A stretch of 64,000 nt of DNA from positions 17,856,001-17,920,000 of the forward strand of contig JAGIQG010000014.1 in assembly GCA_024679065.1 (NCBI GenBank), given 5' to 3'. Numbering within the stretch: position 1 is the first letter of the stretch; each line of letters opens with the position of its first letter. Source of the DNA: Sphyrna mokarran (taxonomy: Eukaryota). Made by a program: the position numbers and the translations under genes. Shown here piece after piece: positions 53,185 through 64,000 of the stretch. Under the pieces are notes generated by a model. That model worked only from the letters and a program-made list of their open reading frames with translations, ran no database searches and was not told the origin of the DNA.

Positions 53185-53503
53185 GTATAAAGAAGTATAA
53201 AGAAAATTACAGCACAGGAACAGGCCCTTCGGCCCTCCAAGCCTGCACCAATCATGCTGCCCAACTGAACAAAAACCCTATGCTTGTGGGGACAACGTCA
53301 CTCTATTCGCATCCTTAAAAGTCACTATTTTTTCTGCTTCCACTATATCCCTCAGCAGTGAGTTCCAGGCACCCATCACTCTGTAAAAAACTTGTCTAGT
53401 ACATCTCCTTTAAATCTTGCCCCACGCACCTTGAACATATGTGGCCTAGTAATTGACTCTTCCACCCTGGGAAAAAGCTGCTGACTATCCACTCTGTCCA
53501 TGT
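53185..53503 (-). mobile_element. CR1 (HER1-like) 3' end
   Basis: acagcacaggaacaggcccttcggccc tail, reverse-complementary to the 45211-45668 end. Confidence 0.75.
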
Positions 53504-54104
53504 CCCCTCCATCTTAGTACAAATAGAACTTGTCCTTTTCCAACAGCTCACCCCCTTCCTCCCCATCTCCACTCATCCAAATGGCCACCCATTCTGTGCG
53601 AACCTGGAAATGATTGTCGGCAAATGGTCTATCTGTGCTCACGTCGGGGATTTAGTCCATTTTTACACAACAAGCTCCCACAAACAACAGTGTGATAATG
53701 ACATGAGAAACTCTTTTAGTGAAGCTAACTGAGGGACAATCCCCTTCCCTAGTTTAAAACAATGCCAAGAAGAAAGAATGCCTTCAGGAGAATAGAGCAA
53801 AACTAGAGGGGGGAGGTAGAATATCAAATATTCAATTGTCATTCTTGAGGAAGACTCCAGTTGGCTTAGGATGTTTGTCCATAGAAGTCTGCTCAGTCCC
53901 CCTGTGCCTGTTGTTCTGTGGTGAGCTTACAGACCAAGCATCGTTCAAATGCAGGGAGACCATCATTGACCAGCCAATATACTTCTGCCCCCTCCATTCC
54001 TTTGATATTTACACACATTCACTTTCTAGTGGAGATTGTTGTATCATGAGTGGGGACATCCTCTCACCTTCCCAATCAGCTTGCTGATTTTATCTTACTT
54101 CAGG

Positions 54105-54458
54105 GAGATAGTGGTGTAGTGGCACTTGACTAGTGATCTAGAGGCTTAGGCTAATGTTCTGGGGGTATGGGTTCAAATCCCACTGTAGCACAATAAAATC
54201 TGTGCTATCAAAGCTAGACTCATTATGGTGGTCATTGATTGTTGTAAAAAAAGCCACATGGTTAACTAATGTCCTTTAGGGAAGGAAATCTGCCATCCTT
54301 GCCTGGTTTGACTACACGTGACTCCAGACCCACAGCAATGTGGTTGACTCCTAACTTCCTTCTTAAATGACTGAACAAAGCACTTGCAAGAGCAGTTAGC
54401 AATGGGCAACAAATGCTGGCCTTGTCAGTGATGCCCACATCCTAAGAAAGAATAAAAT
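54105..54458 (+). mobile_element. Near full-length tRNA-head SINE (family B)
   Basis: gtggtgtagtgg A box, gggttcaaatccc B box, family body, tail gggcaacaaatgctggcc...gcccacatcc. Confidence 0.85.
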
Positions 54459-54757
54459 ACTTCCTTTCCCAAAACCATTGAGGCTAGTGGTGATGAACAA
54501 ACGTGCGCGAGATCAGGTAACTTAACACTGACCTGGACTTACTTATGGAACATCCTAGCCTGTCTCCCTCAGCTTCACATTAGCACATTAGTCCAGCTTT
54601 TCTCATCATAACACTAATAGTGAACCATAAAAATGAATAAATTTATTAGTGCATTGAGTCATAGGATTCTGAGGGGTGGGAGTGGGTGGGTATGGGTTGA
54701 GGTAATTGGGCTGGGGGATGGGAGGCAGAGGGAGATAAAATTAAAATGTGGCAACTT

Positions 54758-54924
54758 GAAATAAAAACAGAAAATGCGGGAAAACAGTTAGCTGCATCCA
54801 TGGAGAGAGAAAAACCAAGTGCTTCAGGTCAATGACCTTTCATCAGTTTGGACTAAATGTTAACTGTTGTTCTTGACTCCAGCCTGAAGTGCTGAGTGTT
54901 TTCCAACATTTTCTGTCTTTGATT
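54758..54924. mobile_element. Penelope-derived palindromic element with a hammerhead core on the minus strand
   Basis: Inverted arms (aaataaaaacagaaaatg / cattttctgtctttgatt); minus strand 54846-54822 reads CTGATGA-A-AGGTC-ATT-GACCT-GAAG. Confidence 0.65.
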
Positions 54925-55649
54925 GCAGCAACTCAAAGGATTGGCTTGTATCTTCTGCCTTTTGTGCTAATTATTTACTAGCTGTAGCTGTCCAGCTCCA
55001 GCTCCCCTTTTCCTGCTGCTGACATCATTCTACACCAGTGACATATCAGTTACATGGTGAATCAGCAGGAATAATGAGAATGTTTGAAAGCCGTCGCATC
55101 TCCTTTATAATTACACCGATCTGCTCTTCAGGCAAACTCTTAGAAAGACAATCATATGGTAATTACATTAGGCTCAGACACAACAGCAAAAAGGGCAGCG
55201 TGGAGCTGCTGCCACTGCATCTCATTGTCCTGTCCCTCCTCCTTCCTTATATTTACAATGCAGTTAGGTAAGCTGTGGCTGGGGGTAGAGGCAAGGGTAA
55301 TGTATTAACCCATTACTTGTTCTCAGAAGACCTTTTAACTTACATAGGGAGACTGGAGAGTAAAACATCTGTATTTTAGGCAGTATTCAAAAAGCACTCC
55401 CTTCAGTCTCTGTCATGTTAATCAGCTCAGTTTCTCAATTTAACAGTAATTGCATTATTGAAAAGCCTAACATTTTTGTTGCAAATAAAATGTCATACAA
55501 GTGCATTGAAAATGTATTTAGTTTAGGTTAAAGCTAAGGTTATGTTTGCTATGGTTACTATTAAAGTCACTCCAGAATTGCAGATTCTTCCTTGTTACAA
55601 TACAAAAACAAATTGAGAGAATCTATTCCTTTGCTGCTGGTAAAAATGC

Positions 55650-55878
55650 ACTCGCTCTCTCTCTCTGTCTCTGTCTCTCTCTCTTTCTCCCCTCCCCCCC
55701 CTTAATTTCTTTCTCTCTCCTATCCTTCTTTCCTTTCTTTTCTTTTTTTCTCTATCCCTTCCTCCTTAGAAATTTCAATTTCTATCTCTCTCCCTCTTTG
55801 TTTTCAATTTTTCTCTTTCCTCCTCTCAACTTCTCTCTTTCTCTTCCTCCGTTTTCTCAACCTCTCTCTTTCTCCCTA
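55650..55878. repeat. CT-rich polypyrimidine tract
   Basis: Direct reading. Confidence 0.9.
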
Positions 55879-57504
55879 TAAACATACTATTGAAAGAACG
55901 CCCAGTGAATTTTTAAACGTCTTTTGGTAAGTACAAGGTTATTCAGGCTGTTTTTGATGACACATGAACCCACAGTATATTTTTGATGGGTCATATGCAA
56001 ATATTATGGACCTTTGGATAACTTAGGCAGGGAGCTCACTGGAAATAATCTGAAAGGGGGCCATGATGCATAGCAGTCATCACAGTAGTAACTCACACTC
56101 AATAAAACCCGTTTTGAAAAAGAGTGCTAATTTTCTGCCTTTCTCCCCAGTATCATTGACTCATGCTTGGGTAGACTGTTCATGGTGTGACCCATCCACA
56201 TGATGGTTAACCTGATCCTGCACAAATTTTCCAATAGCAGTTAGGGATTGAGAACAGGCTGATTTATGGGATTCTCTGTCCTTCCTTCCTGGCGGTCTGC
56301 CGCTACCACACCCCCCACCCCTTTCCAATTGGCTCCTTTCCATAGTCCAGGAAACTGTCAGGATTAGAGCCTTTTTTAGTTGGTTCCAACAAAGGTCTGT
56401 GAGCATGCCCCTTCGATAAAGAATCAAACTTGGGATTACGTCATTCACTCACCCGTCAAAATTCGTTTGAGGTTTCCCAGTGAAGTCAACAGTTTTCTGT
56501 GGAAACTTACAGTGGATCTCTGAAATGTTTTTTGGTGATTTGCTGTGATCAGATTGCAAATAGCTCTGTGACCAGCTCATTTTACCATAGGCAGCCTTTG
56601 TAACCTCAATGGCTGGAGCCATTTTTTTAATGATTCTTGTGAATCAAGACTCCATCGTCAATCAGCACAGGCCCTGCTAGGACTGTTTTGTATAGTCTCG
56701 ATGCCCCAACTTGACAATGCCTCTCATCCCTCAATGGCCTCAATCTCACAGTGCCTCAATATTAGGAAATCAAAGAAAAAAGTTAGTCGTGGATCCTTGC
56801 TAACTGTTTGTTGATGCCTACTTGGTAAGGCAGGATAGGCTGTGATGTGTCTTGCATTGAGGTAGCTGCCAATACTGGATTTGAGTTTGAGGGATGACTA
56901 GAATGGATGAACTACCTGTTGTTGGACTGTTCACTGGTGAGTCAGCATTGATTCTCCCTTACAATCAACCAGCCTTTTCTCCCCACTCTCCAATAATTTT
57001 AAAACCAATAAACTAAGGTGATCGAAGAAAACGTGTAAAAATACAAAATGTTTCAATTTTTTTTGGTTTACTTGCCGTGTATTTGCTTGCCTCAACATCT
57101 AAGTGATTAATCTTCAATTCTTGGAGACTACAGGGCAATTCTGGGAAGTTAACTCCAGTAGAGAGTCAGAATTTCATCTGTGCTGAGGTGAGATGATAAG
57201 AAATCAGGCCCCTCTTCCCTCCATCACATTGGAACTTTCCGATCATTATCCCTCATATAACTTCAGGCAAGAAGGCAGAGGAAGACTCAGTCCTAGTCTG
57301 GGCTTGCACAAGATGCTATTTTTTTCAAGGATTTAGAGTTGCTTAAGAATGGATTGCCTCTATTTTGTGTTGGGAATCTATAAACAGAATCTTATTGAGG
57401 CGTTGGGGGTCTCAGAAAAGACCAATGCTGCCTCTTTTTGGGAAGGCCAACCAAAGCACAGACCAATCAGGCAGTAGTGAGGCCTTTCCTTGGAGTCAAA
57501 ACCC

Positions 57505-57670
57505 CAGTAAGAAGTCTCACAACACCAGGTTAAAGTCCAACCTGACAAAGGGGCAGCAAGCGCTCCGAAAGCTAGTGGCTTTTGCTACCAAATAAACCTG
57601 TTAAACTTTAATCTGGTGTTGTGAGACTTCTTACTGCGTTTACCCCAGTTCAACTCCAGCATCTCCACAT
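57505..57670. mobile_element. Penelope-like inverted pseudo-LTR element
   Basis: 37-nt inverted repeat 57505-57541 / 57600-57636 (34/37) enclosing a degenerate hammerhead core and an AATAAA. Confidence 0.75.
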
Positions 57671-57976
57671 CAAGACTCTTACCTGCTGTCCAATCAGAGA
57701 CCGGCCACTCTTGTGCCCAGCAGCTTCTGGCGGTGGCTGCTGCCAGAAGGATTGACACTAGAATCTCTCCATTTCAAGTGATGGGTCTCTTGATCTGGTT
57801 CCACCCACATCCTGGAGGTGATAATCCGGCTGCAAAGTTTTACCTGTCATGCAGGCCACATATCGACAGGCCAGACTCAGCTGGACTAATGCCAATGATG
57901 ACAGAGGAATGAGACCCTTGAACCATAAAATCAAGGTTATGGTTTTGTGGTTCCTTGATATAATTTTATGGTTCCT

Positions 57977-58275
57977 TAATATAGAATCCCTTCAGTGCAG
58001 AAGGAGGCCATTTGGCCCATTGAGGCCATACTGGCAACAATCCCAGCCAGGCCCATATCCCCAAAACCATACATATTTACCTTGCTACTCCTCTTGACAC
58101 TAAGAGACAATTTACCATAACCAATCAACACAACCCACACATCTTTGGTCTGTGGGAGGAAACCCATGCAGACATGGGAAGAATGTGCAGACTCCAGACA
58201 GACCGTCACCCGAGGGTGGATTGAACCCAGGTCTCTGACGCTGAGGCAGCAGTGCTGACCACTGAGCCACCATGT
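57977..58275 (-). mobile_element. HE1-type V-SINE
   Basis: Reverse-complement match to the other copies; head gctgaggcagcagtgctgaccactgagccacc. Confidence 0.85.
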
Positions 58276-59819
58276 CACCCCAAGTAGTAATTAGTAGACG
58301 TGGGCCAGGAAAATTGCCTTCCAGCCCAGAATCTAATCCTGGTGAGAGTACAAGATTGCACCTACTTTGTTGCTCCATTCCTTTAGCTTCTGCCATAAAT
58401 TCTTTAACTCCCTTGAGTTTATCCATCTATTGAGTAAGTAGCTGAGCCATAAAGGGCAAGAAGGCACCAGCTTTGATCCCGGTTGGTGCTGAACTTGCAG
58501 ATCTCAGCTCTTGGAGTGATGGTGCAGCTATAGTAACTTAAATTGGCCAGTGTTCCTGCTTCTGATCACCGTCTAACTATTACCCAACAAGGCTCCCAGC
58601 TCCATCAGAAGAAGATGGGAATAAACTAGGGGAGTTTTGGGAAGAGGGGTGAAGGTGGAGGGGCTGGAAACAAATCAAATGTTTGCTATGTTTTAACAAT
58701 AATTCCTCTCGACTTAAATTAGTGAACACACAGCGGATTTCCATTTTCTTCTTTCAAAATAGATGGTAGTTTTTTCCTTTAGTCCCTGAATAACAGGGAT
58801 TGCTGTATTAGTTTTGTGCTCTGTTGCCTCTAAAACGAAGTAAGCTTTTGCTCATGTCACTGACTGAGAAAGTGAAATAGCAGGCAGAAAATCTGTATGA
58901 AATGAAAACCTGTGCCGAGTTTTAGTATCCGTGGATCGGTGGATACATGAATCGTGATCAATTTGTAGACGTGGGTTTCGCGAAAAAGGCAAAACGTGAG
59001 ACTGAAACATGTCTTCCACACTTGTAAATGTGACTTAAGTCTTGCACAGAAGCTCGCGGAGGGAGGTAATTCAATCAGCTTGAGGCAGCCTTTGCCCTGT
59101 GAGATGAAAGATGGAGTGGAGGTCAGAGGTCTTAGGGCTGCCTTCACCAGAGCACTAATCGATCTGCCATCAAGGTGGTGCCAGTCTCTGAAGTGGGATA
59201 AGAACTGAACACCACTTTTGGCTCCAATCTGCATAATTGTCTGATGCTTTATTGTGCACCCTTTTATGAAAAACAGGGACAAGCCAAAAATTACTGCCAA
59301 GTGCGGTATTGATTCTGCATTTGTCTAAGCTAATTCGGTTAGTGTTTGGAATGCGCCTCTCACTGTGGTTAAATAAATCCACTAATTATCGAGGTTTTGG
59401 GGGTAATTTTAATTCAATTGCCCGTGGAATGGCTGCGAGGAGACGATCAGGTTTGGTTGACATGTAGAATCTGATTAAACAATTCGCTTATGTTAATAAT
59501 TTGGTTTCCAAAGATCGACAGTTTGAGCCTTTCAGAAGAACAAATCAATCAAAAGTTTTAGGAAAATAATCAGGAAGGCTCTAAACTCATTTAAATACTG
59601 AAAGGCTGTTTTGTTTGCATTTAGCCTGCCAATTCCTCCGAGGTCCCTCTGTGGTGACTCACCCCACGTGGTGTTGAGCTTGGAGAGGTTATCCCTGATA
59701 GCCCTGAGATAGGCTGCAACGAAGGGGAAATGGGACGTCTGTCCCATCTTAGCCACAAAGTAGGCAATCCCAACTGAAATCTTCAGGGTGGGTGTGATAA
59801 GTTGAAAGGCTGAGATTTG

Positions 59820-59872
59820 GGTGTGTGTGCGTGTGTGTGTGTGTGTGCGTGTGCGTGTGCGTATGTGTGTGT
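59820..59872. repeat. (TG)n/(TGCG)n microsatellite
   Basis: Direct reading. Confidence 0.9.
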
Positions 59873-60204
59873 ATGGACTTGAGGGGTGGGGGTACACACC
59901 AGCAGCAGAACATCACCCCCACCCCCCAACCACTAGTTAGAATGGCCAAACAATGGCATCTTGCTTTGCTGGCAGACAAGGTGCTAGGCGAAAGCACAAA
60001 TGAAAGTCACCTCTTTGGATCTGCCATTCCTTAGTAAAGACTATGGTCTGTCAACCTGGGGTTCTGGTCATTCTGGTCTAACTGCTGAGGTCTATCCCCG
60101 GTGCCGTGGGTGAGATTTGTAGAGAAATGTCACTTCTGAACCCAGGAGGGGCCCAGGGTGGATGGGCAGAAGATCCACTCTTGCTGTTCCCATTCTGGAT
60201 TCTA

Positions 60205-60505
60205 TGGGGTAGAATCTTGGTGTAATCAGAACTCCCACCTTTCCTGAAATGCCAACCTCATCTCCTCAGAGCCCTGCACTCAAATGGAGGAATTTTCACC
60301 ATGCCCAAACCAGGCAATTTCAGTGCCTAAGGCCAAAATTTTCCCCCTCACCTGTGAAGCATTTTCAGGTTGGGAAGCGGCTTGCCATTGACCACCGGTG
60401 GGATCTTCCAGCCCCATCGATGTCTAGGGCACTTTGCTTGGCTCACCCTTCTCGCTGTTGGGGACCGGATAATCCCACTGGTGAGAAGGGCTGGAAAATC
60501 CCGTT
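60205..60505. mobile_element. Harbinger-type MITE relic(s)
   Basis: ggggtagaatct start, ggctggaaaatcccg end; interior similar to 39052-39250. Confidence 0.4.
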
Positions 60506-62449
60506 CTGAGTGTCAGCAGCCTACCTCTGCAATGAAAAGAGATGGGACCAGGAGATCACAAGCCTTAAAAGTCAATTCCCTGCCAAGATGCTCACACTGT
60601 AGTCTCTGATAGTGAGCTATTCAGACTGAGACTTTCTCAGGCCCAAGATGCCAATAGACTCCTGGCATCTGCATAACCAACCCCTGGTCTGAACGGTGTG
60701 TGTCAGGCAGGGGGACTGTCAATAGGAAGAATCTTACTTTATTTACGAGGCAGCAACCTTGCGCATCCGCAGTCGCAGAAAATCCTCGCTAACCTGACTT
60801 GAGGCTCTGGGGCAGAGCGGGGAGATGTTGGCAGAGGGGCAGGTGAATAAAAAACATTTCCTGCGATATTTCCTTATTCACGATACTTAGCAAATTTTTT
60901 TGAAAAGAAATACAAAATTGCCTTTCCTGTGACCAAACCCACACACCCATCCCTGGAATTGAAAGTCACCCGGACTCATTGTTTCATTTGAACTTCAAAT
61001 ACGGAGATTCTCTTTGTCTTTGGGAGAGGAAACCACTGGTAGCTTAGCAGAGAAGACCAAAAGGAAAGGGTTGCGTGCTTAGCGGTGATGTCTCTTGTTT
61101 GTTGATAGCAAGTGTTGCCCCTGTATCCAAGACAGAGGGCAATGAAAGCCAGCCACATGACAAGCCTACAGGAGAAACCTGGACTCTCTGAGGAAAATAC
61201 AGGAAAATATGGCTTGCCACGAATATGTACAGTATACAAGGAAGGAAGCTTGGACGAATGCTATGGAAAGGTGATAATGACGTGATTGGCCTTTTCCCAG
61301 TTAATCTGAATTGTACTTTTTTAAAAAATCACGTTTCTTCCTTTTAAAAAGCAGAAAACAAATGATCTCAATGGACAGAAATAAATTGGAACATTTTTGT
61401 GCACTCAAAGTGCAAAACATACATCAAATGATTGTGCTGAAGATTATTTCACGGTATACAGAATATATCTCTGTAGAGTCTGAGGAATAGTTTTACTCCA
61501 AGGTTTGGGTAGGTAATGGTAGCTACTTGTAACCTTCAGATGTCAATGCTGGGAAATTTCATCCTCCCAGTCTTTCTTCAAAAGGGAAGGAGGCAACCAG
61601 AAACCTCTTGGAATCCTGGAGAAACACACCATTGGCAAAGTACAAATCCAGTGTCCTGTCCCTCTGGGTTAGTCCATAAGTAGAGACCAGTGATTAATAA
61701 ATGGAGCTGCCTTGGGATACAGGCAACTCGTCCCTCACACAGACACACACACACACACATTATGGACCAGCTATATAAGAATAGGAAAGAGATTTATATA
61801 TTATTTTGCGGAATATGGGCAAGCTTTGCTGGCAAGACCAGCAATTGTTGCCCATTCCTAATTGCCCTTAGAAAGTGGGATGTTGCTTGTTTTAAATCAT
61901 AATATGTTTTCGTAAAGATATATAATCTGAAGCATCAAATGAATTGGAAAAGTAGTGTTCTCCTTAATCTTCCCTCTCATTTAATCTGTTACTTCAAATA
62001 ATTTAGCAAGGGATGGACCAATGTCCAAAAACCCTGGGAAGTATGAAAAACCCTCAAGGTTTTTTTTTGACTGACCTTTCTGTCTTATTTTCTCTGAATG
62101 TTTGAATTATTTTTAAAAAAACAAATATTTGTATGTTGGGATAAAGTTTTCCTGCTGGAATGTGGAGGAGACTGAGATTCCTGCCATCATGTGGCGTGTC
62201 GCTGTTTACTCGGAAGGAAGTGAGATTTGAGGAACAATATTGACAAACAGATGAGAACAGGAATGGATCGGATAAACTTTTTTCTGCTGTAAAGCATTTA
62301 TTTATATCTGAAAATGTAAGAATGGGACAGAGAGGGAAAGTGGGGTTGCGTGGCGGGGGCAGGGAGCGTGGGTGTTATTGTAAGGGAAAACTCCCTTGGC
62401 CTGAGAAGACAACCATTTCAACAGCAACATGCGGGTAGAATGAAAAAAA

Positions 62450-62845
62450 GTGCCTTTATATAGTTACTTTCTCATCCTCGGTATGTCTCAAAGTGCTTGT
62501 CATGTAATTAGGTATTTTCGAGGTGTGGTTACTGGTATTTCTGTAAATATTACAACCAATTTGCACACAATAAAGTCATAGCAATGTCACAACAACCTGA
62601 TAATCTGAGTGATGTTGGTTAAGGGATCTAAATTAACCAGGAGATGATGGAGAACACCCAATTGAGCTTTGGGGGTTTAACGTACAACTAAGGGGCTCAC
62701 AGGACCTTGATTTAACATCTTATGTACAGACCTCTGATAATGCAGCAGTCCCTCAGTATTGTGCTGAATGCAATCTAGAGTGGTGTACTTGAGAGTCTGG
62801 AATGGGACTTGAAACTGTGACTTTCTGATTTAGGGCAGAGAGAAC
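62450..62845 (-). mobile_element. Deu-domain SINE (SacSINE1/AmnSINE-like)
   Basis: ccaatttgcacaca...gcaatg...gataatctg...gtgatgttggtt...tgcagcagtccctcagta...gggacttgaa (tRNA B box on the minus strand). Confidence 0.7.
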
Positions 62846-63809
62846 AACATTTTTGAAAAATGCACATGCTTGTTGACTTTGAAATAAATTGCCACCTTTT
62901 CCCAACTCCCCCCCACCTCCCACCCACCAAGTCCAAAACCAGACAGACTAGTTATAGGTGAAATCAGTAATGTAGTCAGTGCCAAGTTCCATATTCTCTG
63001 AGTGTGGAAACTGTTCTCACCCGAAAAGTTAAAGTGGTGTTAGTGATGCTGAACCTCCAACTCAATCCCAGCAGACAGGGCATTGAACAGAAAGAACACT
63101 TGGCACTGATACTGGTGTTTGGATGTCGTGACTGAGCCTTTGGTTACAGAGTTGTGCTGTGGTTTTACACTTTACCAGAGCTTTTTGATTCAGTTGAGTG
63201 ACTTGTTGCTCCCTTTTTACCTTCTACATGGGGAATCAATGACCATTGTGCCAGGGAAGCCCATGGTGGAAAGGCACGGAACGAGCTCCCTCTTTTTACT
63301 AAAACCAGTGGCCTTAACCAATGGAATATTCACAGCCCTGTGTCTGGAAACTCAGATAACTGTGCAGTACAGCAAAAAAAGGGATCTCTGAACATCTGCA
63401 CCTCAGTGCTATAAAATTCTTACAAAGGAATGGGGATAGCAACATGACTGAGACACTGAATACTCCAGTCAGTTTATAGCTCTTACTTGAAGTTCGAACA
63501 TTGAAGTTGCCTTATTGCTTTCAAAAGAACTCTGTCTTTACTTAGGGAAAAAAACCATTTTCTTTACTCATTTAACAACATAGTATGACATTTGTGTTAG
63601 AGCAGCTTATTTGCATGGGACATTCCCATGATGATAATACAGACCAGTGCTCCCTCCTGGGGGAAAAAAGAATTTTTGTGAAGTCTTTTCCCCCATTAAT
63701 TCTCTCCTGAGAGTTCCCTCCGCTCCTTCTCGAATCACTGCTTTTTGATGACTAATGGGTCAAAACTGGACACCAAACCTTGAAGAGTCTGAGTTTTACT
63801 CTTTCATGT

Positions 63810-63975
63810 AGTGCGTTTTCCATTCCCTTCTAACCCCACAACTCACTTCCCTCCTCTCCGACTCAGGAAGACACAGGCCGGCACAAGGGATCCAGCTACT
63901 CCCAGGGTTGAATTCAGCCAACTCACACTGACACAACAATCACGGTGCCTTCATAACCTGTACAACAGACTCAGC
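63810..63975 (-). mobile_element. SINE family C fragment
   Basis: gggttgaattcagccaactca is the reverse complement of the family core. Confidence 0.4.
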
Positions 63976-64000
63976 AATGAACTATTCTTTATTCGGGGTC

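Larger units (their letters stand above)
21056..64000 (+). other. Intron 6 of the EBF gene (>42.9 kb, continues past the window)
   Basis: The expected exon 7 ([27 protein letters not shown]) was not seen; intron 6 is very large in vertebrate EBF genes. Confidence 0.8.

Noticed and set aside
60885-60945. Stretch loosely resembling EBF exon 7 (..FLKxN/QNCL..NP)
   Set aside because: Needs several frameshifts and lacks proper splice sites. The real exon is nearly invariant, so this is probably chance similarity in AT-rich DNA.

Overview
Vertebrate genomic DNA, most likely from a shark or other elasmobranch judging by its repeat content (HE1/V-SINEs, Deu-domain SINEs, CR1/HER1, L2, Rex1 and Penelope relics, Harbinger- and hAT-type MITEs). 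The window holds the 5' half of one plus-strand COE/EBF transcription factor gene. It is most like EBF1, but an EBF4 paralog is not excluded. The gene has a GC-rich promoter, a 134-N gap in the 5' leader, and six coding exons (2001-2134, 2834-2990, 3499-3562, 4201-4256, 9124-9197, 20987-21055; 554 nt, all GT-AG) that encode most of the DNA-binding domain including the zinc knuckle. More than 42 kb of the giant intron 6 follows; I did not find exon 7. The other ORFs in the track are spurious or TE-derived. I see no clearly new biological system. The best leads are candidate poison exons in intron 5 (one with a U1-mimic hairpin over its donor), a 51-52 bp minisatellite of phased CCAAT boxes, hammerhead-ribozyme relics in Penelope palindromes, candidate recursive splice sites, and a palindromic EBF site. 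Repeat family names come from recalled consensus features, and repeat boundaries are approximate.
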